Shown here in pieces: positions 61,058 through 64,000 of a DNA stretch of 64,000 nt. The notes under the pieces were generated by a model, which was given only the letters and a program-made list of their open reading frames with translations, was not told the DNA's origin and made no database searches. Source of the DNA: Ostreococcus lucimarinus (taxonomy: Eukaryota); the NCBI GenBank assembly GCA_000092065.1, contig CP000601.1; one strand, given 5' to 3'. Each line of letters begins with the position of its first letter. Position 1 is the first letter of the stretch. The position numbers and the translations under genes were made by a program.

Positions 61058-62053
61058 ATGCCGGACGAGAACCTCACAGAGTATGAGCGCCAGCGATTAG
61101 CGCACGTTCAGCGAAACCGCGAGTACATGGCTCGCTTGGGTGTGAACGCACTCGCGGATGACATTCGAAACAAGATGTCGTCGCGGAAGATTAGCACTAC
61201 GTCACGGAAAAGAGTGAAGCGCGAAGAGCCGAGCGAGCCGACGAGGCGGTCGTCCAGGGTCGTCGGTGTGAAGGCCGAGTACGATGGATCGACCATCGAC
61301 GCCTTGCTCGATGAGGACGAGGAAAACGAAAACGGTCGGGCGAGGAAGCGCGCGAGCGTCGACGCCGAGTTGGACGACGACGAGTTGGCAAAGGACGTCG
61401 TGGCGACGTCGAGAGAATGGCTCGCAGAAGCGCGAGAAAAGTTACTCGCCACGCGTGCGGACGTTGCCAATTCTTTTGTCGAAAAGTCAGCGAAAGACGA
61501 GGCGTGGCGCCGCGACGCCGTGGCGCGTTGGGGAGACAGCGTACCGTCCGCGCGTTCTGTGAGCGATTGGAAGGCGTGGACGATGTCTCGATTAGGAACG
61601 CCTCCGCCGCCGTCACCCATGCAATTGTTGCAAGAGTATTACGCGCATGACGCGTGGCAGTTGCTGATCGCGTGTGCTCTGATGTCGCGCGTCGCGAGCG
61701 GTGCTCTCAAACACGAATGCATATCAAACTTTTTCGCGAAATTCCCGACGCCGAGCGCGGCGCTCGCGGCGGATTCGCAGGACGTGTTCGAAATCATCAA
61801 GCGCCTCGGCTTGTTCCCCGGGAGGATGCGGACGATCGTGGAGGTGTCCACGAAGTTTCTATTGGAAACTGGCGAGTTTGAAGTCGGACTCGAGCCCGAG
61901 TTGAAAATTTACGGTATCGGCGAGTTTGGAGTGGATTCGTTTGAGATTTTTGCCCGTGGCGACGTCCGACGTAAACCAAAAGATTGCAACCTACAATCAT
62001 TTTGCGCATGGCAGCGCCGTCACGGGAACGGGAAAGTTAAAGTCGAGACGTGA
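61058..62053 (+). CDS. HhH-GPD DNA glycosylase, MBD4-like (G:T/U mismatch glycosylase domain) with basic/acidic N-terminal extension
   Basis: LLQEYYAHDAWQLLIACALMSRVASG...FFAKFPTPSAALAADSQDVFEIIKRLGLFPGRMRTIVEVSTKFL...IYGIGEFGVDSFEIF parallels the MBD4 glycosylase core (FHDPWKLLIATIFLNRTSG...LGLY..RAKTI...HGIGKYGNDSYRIF). Confidence 0.7.
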   Translation: MPDENLTEYERQRLAHVQRNREYMARLGVNALADDIRNKMSSRKISTTSRKRVKREEPSEPTRRSSRVVGVKAEYDGSTIDALLDEDEENENGRARKRASVDAELDDDELAKDVVATSREWLAEAREKLLATRADVANSFVEKSAKDEAWRRDAVARWGDSVPSARSVSDWKAWTMSRLGTPPPPSPMQLLQEYYAHDAWQLLIACALMSRVASGALKHECISNFFAKFPTPSAALAADSQDVFEIIKRLGLFPGRMRTIVEVSTKFLLETGEFEVGLEPELKIYGIGEFGVDSFEIFARGDVRRKPKDCNLQSFCAWQRRHGNGKVKVET

Positions 62054-62181
62054 CGTGCGATAGATGAGATAGATTGTCGACAAAACCGAGTGTGAAGCCA
62101 TCGCGAGTCGCGCTTCTCGTCGTCCCCGCGCCAAGCGCGACAACATCGTCACATCGTCGCGCACACCGTGTGTGTGCGGCG

Positions 62182-63642
62182 ATGCCACCGCTTGAGGATA
62201 TCAAAAATGTGTTACTCGACGCGCTCACGGAGATCGAGAGCACGGCGCGCGACGTTCTCGCGAGTCTCGACGAACGTCGTCTCGTTCGGGTGTCGAAGAA
62301 GCTCCCCGGCGGCGACGTCGAATGCGGAGCCGCGAACGCGCTGTTTCACGCCCTACGCGCGCAGAGCGGTCGTTATGCGTCCACCACGGTGACGTGCGTC
62401 TCGCCCATGGGCGTCGAACGTGAACACACGGCCAAATCGCTCGCCACGGCGGCGACGGAGCTCATACCAAACGCGTTCGCGTCAAAGCATTTCGCCGCCG
62501 TGCGCGTGCACGACGGCGGTGACAGCGGGATGATCACCATATGCACGTTAGAGCGATATGCCGAGCTGCGTGACGCGGGATCGGCGATGTGCGATAAATG
62601 CGGAAAATTTATCTCCGGCGGCGAACGCGGTTTGTGGTGGCATCGAAAGACGAGGCATAACGATTTACACCAGGAAGCCATGGACGCGGTGGAGAGAGAG
62701 CGAAACGCGCTCGTGGCGATGTCGACCTCGGGATCGAGGTCGGACCTCACGAACGGAGACGCGGCGTATTTGGATAATAAGACGAAAAAAGCGTCGCGGG
62801 AGGACGATTTGCGCGAGGCGATGGCGGCGGCCCGCCGCGGCGACGCCACTGTCATGGATGCCCTGATCGCGGCGAAGCGCGTCAAAGCACTGCCTTTGCC
62901 CGGACTTGAAGCCGCGCGGCGAGGCGATTTGAATCTCTTACGCTCGCTCGTTTCGCGCGATGGATGGGATCCACGCTCGAAGGACGCCGTCGATAAGCAC
63001 GGTTCCAACGCGTTGCTTTGGGCCGCGGGCGCCGGGCACGTCGAGTGCGTCGAGTTTCTCGTCGAAAAATGCTGTATGAATCCTCAAACCTCCGTCCAGA
63101 GCGGACGGCGCTCGTACGCCGGTCGAAGCGCCTTGCACTGGGCGGCGCGAAACGGCCACGTCGAGGTGGTGGAATATCTGCTTTCGCGCGGCGTCGATCC
63201 GAACAGCACCACTGAAGACGGATCCACCGCTTTCGCGTGGGCTTGTTGGCAAGGTCATCTCGCCGTCATGCGCCAGCTCGTTGAACGCGCCGAGTGCGAT
63301 TACAAGTCGTGCAACGATTACGGTTGTAACGTCGCGTGCTGGACCGCCATGGGCGCCGGTGGCGTCGAGTGTTGCGAATATCTCGCCTCACTCGGCGTGC
63401 GTTTCAATTTGATCAACGCCAACGGTCATAGCTGTTTACACAAAGCCGCACAGCGTGGAAATCGAGACGTGTGCGAGTGGCTCTTAGATACGCCGAGTCT
63501 GGGTCTAACGCGAGACCACGCCCAACCCGACGCGGAGGGATACGATCCGGCGGGTTTAGCTCTCGTGGAAGGCTTCAACGACGTCGCCGACTGGCTCAAG
63601 GCGCGCCAGCTGGAGCTCGAGTTCGCAAACCATAAACCTTAG
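62182..63642 (+). CDS. Ankyrin-repeat protein with N-terminal C2H2-like zinc finger
   Basis: CDKCGKFISGGERGLWWHRKTRH (C2H2-like), then at least 5 ankyrin repeats (GSNALLWAAGAGHVECVEFLV, GRSALHWAARNGHVEVVEYLLSRGVDPN, GSTAFAWACWQGHLAVMRQLV, GHSCLHKAAQRGNRDVCEWLL). ORF opens at 62074; start ATG 62182. Confidence 0.7.
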   Translation: MPPLEDIKNVLLDALTEIESTARDVLASLDERRLVRVSKKLPGGDVECGAANALFHALRAQSGRYASTTVTCVSPMGVEREHTAKSLATAATELIPNAFASKHFAAVRVHDGGDSGMITICTLERYAELRDAGSAMCDKCGKFISGGERGLWWHRKTRHNDLHQEAMDAVERERNALVAMSTSGSRSDLTNGDAAYLDNKTKKASREDDLREAMAAARRGDATVMDALIAAKRVKALPLPGLEAARRGDLNLLRSLVSRDGWDPRSKDAVDKHGSNALLWAAGAGHVECVEFLVEKCCMNPQTSVQSGRRSYAGRSALHWAARNGHVEVVEYLLSRGVDPNSTTEDGSTAFAWACWQGHLAVMRQLVERAECDYKSCNDYGCNVACWTAMGAGGVECCEYLASLGVRFNLINANGHSCLHKAAQRGNRDVCEWLLDTPSLGLTRDHAQPDAEGYDPAGLALVEGFNDVADWLKARQLELEFANHKP

Positions 63643-64000
63643 CTCTAGCGTTTAGTCAAATTTCTCCACTCAAGTCGCGTCAGCTACATGGTTTGCTACG
63701 TTCTATTCTTCTAATCGCGACAAGCCGACGAACGCGCACGCGTAAGCATTCGCGTGCGTCGGTACCGTACAAGAACTTATACGTTTACGCGACTGGTATG
63801 CAGCGTTCGAGTACGGCTCCAAATAAATAGCTTCGGCGCGCGAGTCAACGTTTCGAGATTCGAGAACACGTTGGACGACGTGCCGAAGAAACGCAAAGGC
63901 TATGTCTATCGCTTCTTCGTTGTAATCGCTCACCCAAAAAGGAGGCGCGACGTTTCCTAACGATGGTGCGTTAGCTGCAAACGCATCGACGTGCTCACTG

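Noticed and set aside
1-64000. Prokaryotic-style features (operons, CRISPR arrays, IS elements, rRNA)
   Set aside because: Gene content (BRF1, ADA2, RACK1, ESCRT, proteasome, spliceosomal introns, transit peptides) is clearly eukaryotic nuclear. No CRISPR-like spaced repeats, rRNA or transposase ORFs were seen.

Overview
This 64-kb window looks like a gene-dense nuclear chromosome segment from a GC-rich, intron-poor photosynthetic eukaryote, most plausibly a prasinophyte-type green alga (inference). About 45 protein genes sit on both strands, roughly one per 1.3 kb, and many share short divergent promoters. The evidence for a green alga is a set of green-lineage genes: an alpha-glucan water dikinase catalytic half, a stay-green (SGR) Mg-dechelatase, a stromal processing peptidase, an NPSN-type SNARE, a BioD-BioA fusion and an HDA14-like histone deacetylase. 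TGTAA motifs 10-70 nt after many stop codons match the chlorophyte poly(A) signal. An in-frame TGA codon in a conserved peroxiredoxin is consistent with selenoprotein use. Other recognisable genes include BRF1, eIF1A, VPS36, organellar AsnRS, FPGS, a front-end delta-4-type desaturase, ADA2, RACK1, CSN7-like, a fumarate reductase-cytochrome b5 fusion, AOX, GPR107-like, RPB4, UXS, a 2-Cys peroxiredoxin, FBPase, HVA22, an ABC ATPase, TPI, Rpn12, an MBD4-like glycosylase and an ankyrin protein. I found few introns. Those I could define by eye share a GTGCGY 5' splice site and a CTGAC branch point: RACK1, the 2-Cys peroxiredoxin, HVA22 and a ZnT9-like exon. The exception is one compositionally atypical gene at 21.0-22.4 kb with several small AT-rich introns. 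Intergenic and 5' regions are stop-codon-free CG-rich low-complexity tracts with (GTC)n microsatellites, and these generate many spurious arginine-rich ORFs on both strands. The most interesting items are: a Prx5-type peroxiredoxin with TGA at the peroxidatic Cys position plus a downstream SECIS-like hairpin; a ZnT9-like cation-efflux fragment flanked by perfect 86-bp direct repeats that duplicate its exon/5'-splice junction next to the TPI gene; a secreted FN2-like/Pro-rich/CBM2-like protein; an AsnRS carrying an internal WHEP-like insertion; and a roughly 1000-aa polytopic membrane protein of unknown family.
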